The notes under the pieces are model-generated. The model had not been told where the DNA came from. It was given only the letters and a program-made list of their open reading frames with translations, and did not search any database. Below, piece after piece: positions 33,901-43,187 of a DNA stretch of 64,000 nt. Position numbers and translations under genes: made by a program. Positions within the stretch are counted from its first letter, which is position 1. The number at the start of each line of letters is the position of its first letter. The stretch is from Parachlamydiales bacterium (GTDB lineage: Bacteria; Chlamydiota; Chlamydiia; Chlamydiales; JAJFMK01): NCBI GenBank assembly GCA_963765145.1, contig CAVXVG010000027.1, positions 192,001 to 256,000 of the forward strand, written 5' to 3'.

Positions 33901-34536
33901 AAAAAGGAACTTGCCTATCTTGGAGACATAGAAGGAATTATTGCTGAGCTTGAAAAGATTGAATCTCCTCCAGAAAGTCTTTTGCAAGTGATCAATGCTG
34001 CTAAGGAGAATCTCGAGCTGCATAGGGTTGCTGTCCGTTCTTTAACGGGTGATGGGCAAACTCCATTAACACAAAACGAGCTAAATAAAAGGTTTGGAAA
34101 ATATTTAACAGATGGCTCGTTCGAGAAAAATTTAACGCATGATGCTCAGCTTAGTAAGGCTATTATGAGCTTGAAAAAAGATCCGGCAATGCTTGCCAAA
34201 TTTAATGAGATGAAACTCTCTCCCATTAATGTTAATTTATTTGTGCAAGGGCAGCCTCAAAGCTTTGCGAATTCATTGAATGTCCCTACAAACCAATTGA
34301 TGTTTATGCGGGTCATTTTCATGGCGCTTATCATGGAAGAGGTAAAAAACAATCCTCAGTTAAATGGTGAATTTAATAGCACACTAGCTCCTAATATAGA
34401 TCAAAGAGCAAAAGATGATGCAAAAGAAAAATTCGTAAAAGGGTTGGCAACTCGCGAACAGTCTGTAGCAGATGCTTCTATAGCTGCTCATTTAGTGGGA
34501 TTTAAGGCTATTCAAAAGTTAATATTAGGCGCCTAA
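30982..34536 (+). CDS. Large hypothetical coiled-coil-rich protein, candidate effector
   Basis: 1184-aa ORF; GAGG RBS; no signal peptide or recognised motif. Confidence 0.8.
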   Translation: MSVTGDSKDYAAISRQLDTALDYVGKAKGTKDPTRKDHLGEADNILRTIGEELLSSKEVIEGHGSILKVLEKYNHVLKKYDEVKAYADSNEGVVRGKPLEKVKLFFNKVLYTKLGAETEKGLFDAASDLLDGKIKVKEGESKKTVHVNRKQVEEDYKELYANFLKTGKVDQEALDKCKKDLALLHQGLDDYGVSGKTTPGKPTSFQQLTPEETGKYWPGAGALRRKLVLELAKVTSLEARLVALENAKAPEGIPKFETNAETVKTLPAKSIEVTVRELRTALAQAKESGVSREQIGRMELALHQYTEAFNAKLTKLVKLDQKFSVGESIGKDSKQIDEAIALAQAKFFTFNEPHDPQVGVYLGKLTAYLVLNADQKGNGERLAEIRQRLETDLQSPSDEAMKDFEKGFQSLLEDRAKFYQSGSEGLERVISKLVATYDDATTSEKTLIGNFLDNKVMLLPANTTPAVVMMRFTSALQAPSDTKLRDNTTGVLLKLAVRTSFKGTDKTSTLALLSYLGNPESKEVEAFHEALVKRAVEDLRGADQEGLLVFRQALAKVQSNIPVFITEETENKLNAALGLGVKEHLAAAFAKKDPQNVEKALTFAANFSNDFLAVNVKGLEAPPVLITKLKGLLGAAPEPTDVKRAPGNYEALEKELQLAQALFPDNSEIKELSEGLKAKQEALDKELASLFSWSGAQDLSTRLTQKKADVASIQGEMQKAIDGALVRKDSGELLRIEADLEKMSTMSSLAPHQQVIKGLLNALKAAVENDRDLSFNRIERLVGTELPKPSSGSVDSVRKGDVREFLIVEEGQKGLPDNFVEVRNEIAECLLGSRQKLSPEVTTKLIQYSESCGKEGKEIAQARAIKILKEFGSTKPDDRGARLSLGKSTTRPFIISAEVWDQKYSATAVEGQRERLSKLIPGANLQTIEEQVEVAPSAGLLAVKPAFTKVVEPLLDAAKKEGNEVHIQVLEAVKKELAYLGDIEGIIAELEKIESPPESLLQVINAAKENLELHRVAVRSLTGDGQTPLTQNELNKRFGKYLTDGSFEKNLTHDAQLSKAIMSLKKDPAMLAKFNEMKLSPINVNLFVQGQPQSFANSLNVPTNQLMFMRVIFMALIMEEVKNNPQLNGEFNSTLAPNIDQRAKDDAKEKFVKGLATREQSVADASIAAHLVGFKAIQKLILGA

Positions 34537-34575
34537 ATCACAAAATTTGGTAGAATGCTTCCTTTTTGAGGTCCT

Positions 34576-35683
34576 TTGACTCCTGAATATAAAAGTGCAA
34601 TTTTAGAGCGGCGGTGTTTGGTTCCGAATGGAACTGGGCGTCGCTGCTTTCATTTAACTTTGGGGCTAGAAGGATCGGGCATCCAATATCGGGTGGGCGA
34701 TAGCGTAGGGGTGACGACTAAAAACAACGAAGAAGAGGTCGAAGAATTTTTGGGGTTGGTGCCCGGGGCCGAGATCGAGGTGGCCGATAGGAAAGGCAAT
34801 AAGGCCTCTTGGGGCGCTTTTTTAAGGGAGAAGGCTAACCTTGCGACTGTGAATCGGAAATTGATCGAAACGGTGGCAGAAAAGGGGCAGAATCCTTTTT
34901 TAAAAGGGTTGCTGGCAGATCGAGAAGGGTTGAAGGTCTACCTTGGCAGTTTTCATGTCATTGATTTTCTGCAAGAATTTAAGGATGTTGTCTTTACGCC
35001 AGAAGAACTTGGCTCCGTTGATGATGCCGATGATGCCCCGGTTTTACTCGGTGGCTTCAGCGCAGGAAGTCGTTGGAAATCAGGTCGATTTGCTGGTTGC
35101 AGATGTCCATTATGAGATGAGGGGCAAGGAAAGAAGGGGTGTAGCTTCCCATCAGTTGTGCCATGTTTTGCCCCTAAATGAGTCGGTTGTTCCGCTTTTT
35201 CATCAGGCAGCTCATGCCTTTGCGTTGACCGACGATTTACAAGCGCCTTTGATCATGATTGGCCCCGGAACAGGCGTTGCTCCCTACCGTGGATTTATGC
35301 AAGAGCGGGTCAGAAAAGGGGCAAGTAAACGGAACTGGCTCTTTTTTGGGGAATGGCACCAACACAGCCATTTTTACTATGAAGATGAGTGGCAAAAGTG
35401 GTCAGAAGCAGGTTACTTAAAGGTGTCTACCGCTTTTTCTCGAGATCAACAACATAAAATCTATGTGCAGCATCGGATGAAGGAAGAAGGGCAGCAGCTT
35501 TTCCAATGGATCGAAGAGGGCGCCTACATTTATGTTTGCGGGGATGCCTCGCAAATGGCTCGCGATGTGGAAGATGCGCTGCTTGAGATTTTCGAAACAG
35601 AAGGGAAGATGGGCATCGAAGAGGCGCACCAATACCTCAAACGCCTCCGTGCCGCCAAGCGCTACCAGCGCGACGTTTATTAA
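34576..35683 (+). CDS. CysJ-like FAD/NADPH-binding reductase, split by one frameshift near 35010
   Basis: Y..GDSVGV in the first frame; PRFYSVAS, MIGPGTGVAPYRGF, AFSRDQ, YVCGDA, RYQRDVY in the second frame. Confidence 0.88.
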
Positions 35684-35709
35684 TAACGCGAAATAACACC
35701 CACAGATCT

Positions 35710-35815
35710 TTTAAACTTGCCCCTGCCCTTGCCCTATCTAATTCAGTAAAAATCGATTTGCTTGTTTTTACAAAATTCGGGCAAGGGCAGGGGCAAGGGC
35801 ACGGGCAAGTTTAAA
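35710..35815. repeat. Family G palindrome (GGGCA[A/C/G] hexamer arms)
   Basis: TTTAAACTTGCCCCTGCCCTTGCCC ... GGGCAAGGGCAGGGGCAAGGGCACGGGCAAGTTTAAA. Confidence 0.88.
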
Positions 35816-35913
35816 CTGCTTTAGTTGCAGATTCTTAATAAAACCATTCATCTTAATATATTTTTCTAATAGAAGGGGGTTAGTTAGCATATTTTATTTG
35901 ATTTAGGGGTTGT

Positions 35914-36150
35914 ATGAATAGTCGTGCCGTTCTCACGGTTTTACTTGGTATCTTTTGGTTTCTGTATCCACCTAAGGCTTATGCTGCCGAATGTAAACAA
36001 TGCAAAGCCTTGCAGCAGTTAGCACAGAACGAAAAAACCGACATCAAAGATTGGGACACCGACAAAACGACCTGGAACAAGACCAAGAGCCCTTCTGATC
36101 AACCGATAAAAGTGAAGAAATCAAAAGCCCAGCAAACTAATTCAAAGTGA
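35914..36150 (+). CDS. Small exported hypothetical protein with CxxC
   Basis: Signal peptide ending AYA, then ECKQC; GGGG RBS. Confidence 0.65.
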   Translation: MNSRAVLTVLLGIFWFLYPPKAYAAECKQCKALQQLAQNEKTDIKDWDTDKTTWNKTKSPSDQPIKVKKSKAQQTNSK

Positions 36151-36234
36151 TGAAGTGAAAAAATTGTTGGCATAAAATGGGCTAATGAGGTACAACGACG
36201 GTAATAGTACTATTTTGCCCTCCAGAATTCCTTC

Positions 36235-37647
36235 ATGGCTTTAACTGAAACTCTTACAGAAAAGCGGGTCATCGAGACCAACACTCTCAAGATTGAGGGT
36301 GGAACACCTCTTGTAGGTTCTGTTCGCGCTAGCGGTGCTAAAAACGCGATCACAAAGCTTTTGGTCGCCTCTGTTTTATCTGACAAAAGATGTGTTTTTT
36401 ATAATGTGCCAGACATTGGCGATGTTGAGGTTACCGTTGACCTCTGCCGCGAAATCGGTTCTGAAATATCTTGGGACAAAGAAAATGGCATTATTGAAAT
36501 CGTCACAAAAGAGCTAAAAACTTCTTACATTCCACAAAGATTCTCCGGGGCCAATAGAATCCCGATTTTGATGATTGGTGCTTTGCTTGGTCGCACAGAT
36601 GAAGATATTATCGTTCCTACCGCAGGTGGTTGTGTCATTGGAAAGCGGCCTATCGACTTTCACGTTGAGGCGTTAAGTAAACTTGGCGCAACGATTGAAT
36701 ACCGCGAAATGAAGCGTGAAGGGGCCTATTTTGCCCATGCTCACCATGGTTTAAAGGGGGCTTTGATTGCTTTGCCTTTCCCTTCTGTTGGCGCTACAGA
36801 AAACACGATACTTGCCAGCGTGACTGCTAAAGGGACAACAGTCATCAAAAATGCAGCGATTGAGCCTGAAATTGTTGAACTGATTTTATTTTTGCAAAAA
36901 CTTGGCGCTAATATCACTTTAGATGTCGATCGAACCATCGTCATTCAGGGGACAAGACGTTTCTTTGATGTAGAGCATACTGTCATTACTGACCGGATTG
37001 TTGCCGCATCGCTTGGCATGGCCGCAATTTGCTCAAAAGGGCGCGTGTTTGTGGAAGGGGCAGATCATCTCCATATGATCACCTTTTTAAACAAACTGCG
37101 TGAAGTGGGTGGTGGCTTTCAGGTTCGTGCCGGAGGCATCGAGTTTTTCTACGACGGTCCCTTACAAGGGGGATTGCACCTCGAAACAGGTGTGCACCCA
37201 GGGTTTATGACAGACTGGCAGCAACCTTTTGTTGTCCTTTTGACGCAAGCTACAGGCTCATCGGTTGTTCACGAGACCGTTTATGAAAACCGCTTTGGTT
37301 ATGCCGAGACACTTGTGGAGATGGGGGCAGATATTTCTCTGTTCCGACAATGTCTTGGGGGAGCAACGTGCCGTTTTGCTTCGCAAGGTTTTCCTCACAG
37401 CTTAGTGGTCAGGGGGCAAACGCCGCTTGTAGGCCGTCCTGTTCTCATTCCAGACTTAAGAGCCGGTTTTGCGTATGTGATGGCTGCCTTGATTGCAGAG
37501 GGGACCACCCATTTGACAGGAACCCACTTCTTAAAAAGAGGTTACGAGCGTATCGTCCCGAAATTAGCCTCCCTCGGGGCCAACATTTCTTACGTCGAAG
37601 ACTTAAAGGGCTCCTCCCAAACCCAAATCGTCTGGCCCACCAACTAA
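36235..37647 (+). CDS. murA: UDP-N-acetylglucosamine 1-carboxyvinyltransferase
   Basis: SGAKNA, GGCVIGKRPIDFH (catalytic Cys), SVGATEN, PGFMTDWQQ, PDLRAG motifs. Confidence 0.96.
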   Translation: MALTETLTEKRVIETNTLKIEGGTPLVGSVRASGAKNAITKLLVASVLSDKRCVFYNVPDIGDVEVTVDLCREIGSEISWDKENGIIEIVTKELKTSYIPQRFSGANRIPILMIGALLGRTDEDIIVPTAGGCVIGKRPIDFHVEALSKLGATIEYREMKREGAYFAHAHHGLKGALIALPFPSVGATENTILASVTAKGTTVIKNAAIEPEIVELILFLQKLGANITLDVDRTIVIQGTRRFFDVEHTVITDRIVAASLGMAAICSKGRVFVEGADHLHMITFLNKLREVGGGFQVRAGGIEFFYDGPLQGGLHLETGVHPGFMTDWQQPFVVLLTQATGSSVVHETVYENRFGYAETLVEMGADISLFRQCLGGATCRFASQGFPHSLVVRGQTPLVGRPVLIPDLRAGFAYVMAALIAEGTTHLTGTHFLKRGYERIVPKLASLGANISYVEDLKGSSQTQIVWPTN

Positions 37648-37648
37648 T

Positions 37649-37916
37649 AAAAAAACCACAGAGGCAGTGAGATCACCGAGAAGAGTGAGAACATGGAGAG
37701 CTATTCTTTTGGCAAAAAAATTCACTTTCTTCTTCGCGTTTTCTTCGCTCGCCTTCGCGCTCTTCGCGTTAAAAATACAGTTGTCTTTTGCTTAAACGGT
37801 TTGTTCAGCTAAAACAAGCTTAATCTTTAACGCGAAGAGCGCGAAGGCGAGCGAAGAAGAATTAGGGTCCTCAATGTTCTCACTCTTCTCGGTGATCTCA
37901 CTGCCTCTGTGGTTTT
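37649..37916. repeat. Family A palindrome with inner CGCGAAGAG hairpin
   Basis: AAAACCACAGAGGCAGTGAGATCACCGAGAAGAGTGAGAACAT arm plus reverse complement; inner TTCTTCGCTCGCCTTCGCGCTCTTCGCGTTAAA inverted repeat. Confidence 0.93.
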
Positions 37917-37963
37917 ATCAAGCCCCTGCTTTTTTCTTTTGGGTGTGGTAAACTGTTCGGGCG

Positions 37964-38923
37964 ATGGTTGCACTCTGGCGCGAAAAATTGCGCGAAAATT
38001 TTACATCTTGGCCAAAACTTGCCCACTACTTACAGCTTCCACTTGAAGTAGGGGCTACTCCTAGCCAGTTCCCCCTTAACCTTCCTTTGCGCTTAGCAGA
38101 AAAAATTGAAAAAGGACGGTGGGATGACCCCATCCTTCTGCAGTTTCTGCCAACCTCTCAAGAAGATGAAAAAACTGAAGGGTTTGTCAAAGAGCCAGTC
38201 CTGGATCAGGCCTTTCAGCTGGGGCCAAAGCTGCTAAAAAAATACCATGATAGAGTTTTATTGCTACCAACATCAGCTTGCGCTATGCATTGCCGCTTCT
38301 GTTTTCGCAAAAATTTCCCTTATGCCGAAACCAAAGAAGATGATTTAGCAGCCGAATTCGAAGCGATAAAACAAGACACCTCCATCGAAGAGGTCATCTT
38401 AAGCGGTGGCGACCCTCTCTCTTTGTCAAATCAACGATTGGCTGACATTCTTGATAAGATAAAAGCTTGTTCACATGTGAAAAGACTTCGCTTTCACACC
38501 CGCTTTCCTATTGGGATACCGGAACGGATAGACAGCGAATTTATCGATATGCTGCAAAGTTTTCCCGGCCAAGTTTTTTTTGTGATCCATACTAACCATC
38601 CTTTGGAATGGGATGAAGATGTTGAGTTAGCTCACGAGCGTTTAAGAAAAGCGGGTATCGTCCTTCTCAGTCAAACTGTTTTACTTAGAAATGTAAATGA
38701 TAACATCGAAACATTGGAAGCTTTGTGCAGACGTTTGGTCAATAGCGGAGTGATCCCCTATTATCTGCACCAGCTAGACCGTGTAGAGGGGACGGCCCAT
38801 TTTGAGGTGGAGCGCGAGCACGGTAAAGCTCTTGTCAAAGAGCTGTGGTCTCGCCTGTCTGGGTACGGGATTCCTACCTATGCAGAAGAAATCCCCTTTT
38901 TACCAAGCAAGCAGCCCATTTAA
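37964..38923 (+). CDS. KamA/EpmB-family radical SAM protein
   Basis: CAMHCRFCFRK, EVILSGGDPL, RFHTRFP, HTNHP, PYYLHQLD motifs. Confidence 0.92.
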   Translation: MVALWREKLRENFTSWPKLAHYLQLPLEVGATPSQFPLNLPLRLAEKIEKGRWDDPILLQFLPTSQEDEKTEGFVKEPVLDQAFQLGPKLLKKYHDRVLLLPTSACAMHCRFCFRKNFPYAETKEDDLAAEFEAIKQDTSIEEVILSGGDPLSLSNQRLADILDKIKACSHVKRLRFHTRFPIGIPERIDSEFIDMLQSFPGQVFFVIHTNHPLEWDEDVELAHERLRKAGIVLLSQTVLLRNVNDNIETLEALCRRLVNSGVIPYYLHQLDRVEGTAHFEVEREHGKALVKELWSRLSGYGIPTYAEEIPFLPSKQPI

Positions 38924-39255
38924 GGCCCTTGCATCCTCGCATAGGTTGTGGCTACGTCTACAATAGCTATTAATAATGTTGCACACGTAATCGCAGCGAT
39001 AGCTCTTGCAACCTCGCTCCAATCTTTATTTGTAGCTCCTTGCTGCAGATGGATTTTTCTGCCTACAAGCCCTAAAGAGATAAACCCAGTCACCATGCCA
39101 ATCGGTGTCCAATGAGACACACGCAAAGCTAGATCAAGCCAACTCTTTGCCGAATTTGGCTGATGTTTTTCAGCTCCTTTTGTGCGGATTCCAAATCCGT
39201 GAAGAAAGTCGCTTTGTGACACATTGTAAGCTACGTTTTTTAAATTAGTACTCAT
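38920..39255 (-). CDS. Small membrane protein, paralog of 39273-39887
   Basis: Two hydrophobic segments; SHWTPIGMVTG..SLGLV; GGAG RBS. Confidence 0.75.
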   Translation of the reverse strand: MSTNLKNVAYNVSQSDFLHGFGIRTKGAEKHQPNSAKSWLDLALRVSHWTPIGMVTGFISLGLVGRKIHLQQGATNKDWSEVARAIAAITCATLLIAIVDVATTYARMQGP

Positions 39256-39272
39256 CGCTCTCCTTCAGGGGT

Positions 39273-39887
39273 TTAGTTTTTCCAGGGGTCTAGATCTTCA
39301 ATGGCATCATAAGGACTGGTTGGCTTTACCGAATTAGTGTTTGTCCTGGGATGTGTCTCATGTAAAGCTTTTAACTCTACCGAATCCGTCTTGATCCACT
39401 GTTGTTTCTTAAGCGATCCTTGAGTTGGCTGTGTTGTGTTTTGCGATGCAGGTTTTGCGTCCTCCATTTTCTCCACTTCTTGCTTTGCTTTTGGAGCTCT
39501 TTGCTTGTTCTTTTCATCTAATTGATTCAATAGGTTTGCTAAATCACTTAGTGGCATTTCGTTTTTACGAAGGTAGGTCGCAGCAAAGTCCAGAAAGATC
39601 AAAATGAAAGGAAGATTTACTATGGCAAGAATAGAGCGTGTTATTTTGGAAGTATCTTCGTCGTCCAGTCTCTTTTTATTAGAGATGTTATTGACTACTA
39701 GCCCTAAACTCAACAATCCTGTGACGGTTCCAACTACAGGAATCCAGTGGCTTAACTTTAGTGCGTTTTCACCTAGAATCTCTATTTTAGATCGTAGGTT
39801 TGCATCTTTGGGCAGCTTTTTCCATCCAAAGGCCTTCCCTGCGTCAGACGTGGCGACATCTTTTGCTATAGTACTCAAACTAATCAT
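39273..39887 (-). CDS. Membrane protein with hydrophilic tail, paralog of 38920-39255
   Basis: SHWIPVVGTVTGLLSLGLV and D.AATYLR shared with its neighbour. Confidence 0.78.
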   Translation of the reverse strand: MISLSTIAKDVATSDAGKAFGWKKLPKDANLRSKIEILGENALKLSHWIPVVGTVTGLLSLGLVVNNISNKKRLDDEDTSKITRSILAIVNLPFILIFLDFAATYLRKNEMPLSDLANLLNQLDEKNKQRAPKAKQEVEKMEDAKPASQNTTQPTQGSLKKQQWIKTDSVELKALHETHPRTNTNSVKPTSPYDAIEDLDPWKN

Positions 39888-39976
39888 AACAATCCTTGTT
39901 TAGTAAAGAATATTATCTACTTTTAATGTAAATAAAAAATTAACTTAACGCAGGATGTTTATTAAGGTGAGTTAAA

Positions 39977-40008
39977 TTCGGGCAAGGGCAAGGGCACGGG
40001 CAGGGGAC
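39977..40008. repeat. Family G half element
   Basis: TTCGGGCAAGGGCAAGGGCACGGGCAGGGG. Confidence 0.7.
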
Positions 40009-40030
40009 GAAGGGGTGCCACGGACTTTGG

Positions 40031-41758
40031 CTACATTTTGTCGATGGGGCGGATGCCGAGAATGGAAAGGCCTGCTTCGAAGATTTTTGAAGAAAGCACG
40101 GTTAAATGGAGCCTGTTTTTCTCTTCAGGCGAGCCAAGTACCCTGCAATCTCTAAAGAAGGCATTGAAAAGCTCGGACAATGTGTACAGATAATCTGTTA
40201 GTCTATTTGGCAGCAGTTCATTGGCTATAGACAAGAGAAGATCGGGGAATTTAAGAAGATGGAGGGCTAATTTCCTTTCGCTTGGGTGGGTGATCAAGAA
40301 AGGGGCCTTTTGGATCTCATCCAGTGAAAATGAGCTCTTTCTTAAGATGCTTTTGGCTCGAACATTGGAGTAGAGAAGAAAAACGGCAGTATTTCCCTCG
40401 AATCGGAGCATTTTGTCATAGCTAAATGAGTAGTCGCTTAAACGGTGAGTCGAAAGGTCGGCATATTTGATCGCTGCAATTCCAATGGCAGCTGCAAGCG
40501 ATTTTCGTTCCTCTTCCTCAATTTCAGGTTTCTTTTCTTTGAGAACCTCTTCAGCTTTATCGATCGCTTTTGTCAACAAATCGATCAGCTTTTCGGTTTC
40601 GCCGGACCTGGTTTTGAATTTTTTCCCATCAGGACCTAACACCAACCCAAAAGGGACATGGTCTAACCGGTGGCGTTTAGGGTCGACAAGGCCGGCCATG
40701 TTAGCAACGGCATAAACCAGGGCAAAATGGAGCGATTGGCCAGCGTCTGTCACGCAGATGATCCGATCGGCTTTCTCGATTTCTAGTCGATGCCAAATGG
40801 CTGCCATGTCGGTGGTGTCGTAGTTGTAGCCTCCATCCGATTTTTGAACCATCAAAGGTTGAGACGTTCCTTCCCGATTTTTAAATTGTTCGACAAAGAC
40901 ACATTTAGCCCCTTCAGATAGGGTGACAAGCCCTTTACTTTCTAAAAATGAGACAATTTGGGCCAAATAAGGGTTGTAAAACGACTCTCCCCTTTCGATC
41001 AGATGGATATCGAGCAGGTCATAAATTTCTTGGTACCCTTTTTCAGAGACCTCGCAGATAATTTTCCAGATCTTCTTATTGGTTGCATCTCCCCCCTGCA
41101 AAGCGACCACTTCGCTTTGGGCCTCTTTTTTAAAGACAGGGTTTGCATCAAAGCGTTCTTTTGATGCTTTATACCACCCCATCAGATCTGAAAGGGAATA
41201 GGCTTGCCCGTTTTCTATAAAATCGGGGTGCTCCTTTTTGATGAATGCAATCAGCATTCCAAATTGTGTGCCCCAATCGCCCACATGGTTGAGGGCAAGA
41301 ACGTCGTGTCCTAAGAAACGGAAAAGCCTAGCCAAAGCATCGCCAATAATAGTCGATCTTAAGTGGCCTACATGCATTTCTTTGGCGATATTCGGTGAAG
41401 AATACTCGACAATCATTTTTTGAGGCTTTTCAGGAAGAGGAAGGCCAAGCGTTTTGCTGTTATCTGCTTCTTGGAGCCGCTTTTCTAAAAAATCGTCTGC
41501 AAGTGTAATGTTGATGAAGCCCGGCCCTTTGATCTCTAAAGCGTCAACCAGCCCGGTTTTATCAAAAGAAGATACAATGGCCTCAGCAATAGCTTGGGGC
41601 GCTTTTTTCAGTTCTTTTGACAGTTTTAAGGCGCTGTTGCATTGGTAATCAGAAAATTCTGACTCTGCAACATCCAGCGCCGTTGTAGGTGCATCTGGAA
41701 ATGCTTTAAGTAAAGCCTCTTTAAACCTTGTTTTAAGGGTGTCTAAGACGGTTTGCAT
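40031..41758 (-). CDS. argS: Arginine--tRNA ligase
   Basis: SSPNIAKEMHVGHLRSTIIG, NHVGDWGTQFG, KFKTRSG motifs. Confidence 0.98.
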   Translation of the reverse strand: MQTVLDTLKTRFKEALLKAFPDAPTTALDVAESEFSDYQCNSALKLSKELKKAPQAIAEAIVSSFDKTGLVDALEIKGPGFINITLADDFLEKRLQEADNSKTLGLPLPEKPQKMIVEYSSPNIAKEMHVGHLRSTIIGDALARLFRFLGHDVLALNHVGDWGTQFGMLIAFIKKEHPDFIENGQAYSLSDLMGWYKASKERFDANPVFKKEAQSEVVALQGGDATNKKIWKIICEVSEKGYQEIYDLLDIHLIERGESFYNPYLAQIVSFLESKGLVTLSEGAKCVFVEQFKNREGTSQPLMVQKSDGGYNYDTTDMAAIWHRLEIEKADRIICVTDAGQSLHFALVYAVANMAGLVDPKRHRLDHVPFGLVLGPDGKKFKTRSGETEKLIDLLTKAIDKAEEVLKEKKPEIEEEERKSLAAAIGIAAIKYADLSTHRLSDYSFSYDKMLRFEGNTAVFLLYSNVRAKSILRKSSFSLDEIQKAPFLITHPSERKLALHLLKFPDLLLSIANELLPNRLTDYLYTLSELFNAFFRDCRVLGSPEEKNRLHLTVLSSKIFEAGLSILGIRPIDKM

Positions 41759-42837
41759 TTCTGGAAGTGGGGCTGTTCTGTCCGCTTGCCAATCTTCTTA
41801 TCAAGATATTCTTGAGTCAGATGGATCGACGCTTCTAGAGGGGTGATTTTCTTTTCAGCGCTTAAAGTAAAAAGACGGGTCAAAGTAGGCTCTATTTGAT
41901 TAACCAGATGACGAGCGTTAGTAGAATTGTACCCTTGAGGGAGCAACTCTAGAGCCACATTGATGAGACCGCCGGCATTGATGACATAATCAGGTGCATA
42001 GAGGATCGACCGGTCTTGCAACATCTCGGCATGTTGTTCGGTCAATAATTGGTTGTTGGCACACCCTGCAATCGCTTGACATTTGAGTTCAGGGATCGTC
42101 TGATCGTTAAGAACCCCTCCCAAAGCACATGGAGCATAAATATCACAGGCGACTTTGTGGATGTCGTTTGTCCCGATTTTTTCGGCATTGTAAAGCTGGG
42201 CATAATGGTTCAAAACTTTTTCGTCCGGATCTGCGACAAAAAGTTTAGCGCCGCGCCAAAAAAGAAAGCCGGCCAAAGGGGCTCCTACTTTTCCAAGTCC
42301 TTGGATGGCAATCCTTTTACCTTCTAAATTGGTAGATCCATATAAAAAGGAGCAGACTGCTTCGATCCCTTTTACGACACCCCAAGCAGTGAAGGGGCTT
42401 GGGTCTCCGCCGCCGCCCTGTTCAAAGGGGAGGCCGACAACATAAGGGGTGGTTTTTAATAGCTCTGCTACGTCGTCTGTCGTCGTGCCGATATCTTCTG
42501 CCGTGATGTACTGGCCTTTCAAAGTGTTGAGCACTTCGCCGTAGGCTTTGAAAAGAGCCGGTGTTTTAATTTTTCGGTGGTCCCCGACGATAACAGCTTT
42601 GGCTCCGCCAAACCCAACTTTGGTAATAGCAGATTTTGAGGTCATCCCCTGTGAAAGGCGGAGGACATCTGTTAAAGCTTGCTCTTTTGTAGCGTAAGGG
42701 AAAATGCGCGTGCCCCCTAAGCCTGGCCCAAGTGTTGTATTGTGGAGGGCAATAAAAGCATGCAGCCCAACAGTGGGGTTTTTAGCTTCCAGCACTTTTT
42801 CAAATCCTGGAATATGGATCTCTTCAATCGTAGTCAT
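41743..42837 (-). CDS. Leucine (Glu/Leu/Phe/Val) dehydrogenase
   Basis: LGPGLGGTR, GGAKAV, TAEDIG, QGLGKVG, APDYVINAGG motifs. Confidence 0.93.
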   Translation of the reverse strand: MTTIEEIHIPGFEKVLEAKNPTVGLHAFIALHNTTLGPGLGGTRIFPYATKEQALTDVLRLSQGMTSKSAITKVGFGGAKAVIVGDHRKIKTPALFKAYGEVLNTLKGQYITAEDIGTTTDDVAELLKTTPYVVGLPFEQGGGGDPSPFTAWGVVKGIEAVCSFLYGSTNLEGKRIAIQGLGKVGAPLAGFLFWRGAKLFVADPDEKVLNHYAQLYNAEKIGTNDIHKVACDIYAPCALGGVLNDQTIPELKCQAIAGCANNQLLTEQHAEMLQDRSILYAPDYVINAGGLINVALELLPQGYNSTNARHLVNQIEPTLTRLFTLSAEKKITPLEASIHLTQEYLDKKIGKRTEQPHFQKCKPS

Positions 42838-42935
42838 GCTTAATAAAATAAACCAGGAGCTAGCCCTTTATCAATGGAAAAGACCTTAGCCCAAAGAAAG
42901 AGTGATCAAAAAAAATAGTTTTATAGTTCGCGGTA

Positions 42936-43017
42936 GCGTTTGGAGTGCTAAACTCCTGTTTAGCTTTCACTTTCACTGATAAGTCAAAGCTAAACAGGAG
43001 TTTAGCACTCCAAACGC
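42936..43017. repeat. Family B palindrome, intact
   Basis: 32-bp perfect arms GCGTTTGGAGTGCTAAACTCCTGTTTAGCTTT around an 18-nt loop. Confidence 0.96.
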
Positions 43018-43084
43018 GCTGCGGAAGAAAAAGAATATTTGATGCCTTTTGGGTAAAGACTGGGCAAGAGGAATGTCTATTTAC

Positions 43085-43113
43085 TTGAAAGATTTATTGA
43101 GAAGAGGTATTGT
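43085..43113 (+). promoter_or_regulatory. Putative sigma70/sigma66 promoter
   Basis: TTGAAA-17 nt-TATTGT upstream of 43188. Confidence 0.4.
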
Positions 43114-43187
43114 TTTTCCTCACAGCAAACTCTTTTGTCTGAAAATACCGAACAAAGCTTGCTGTCAATAAATTATTTAGGTGATGC

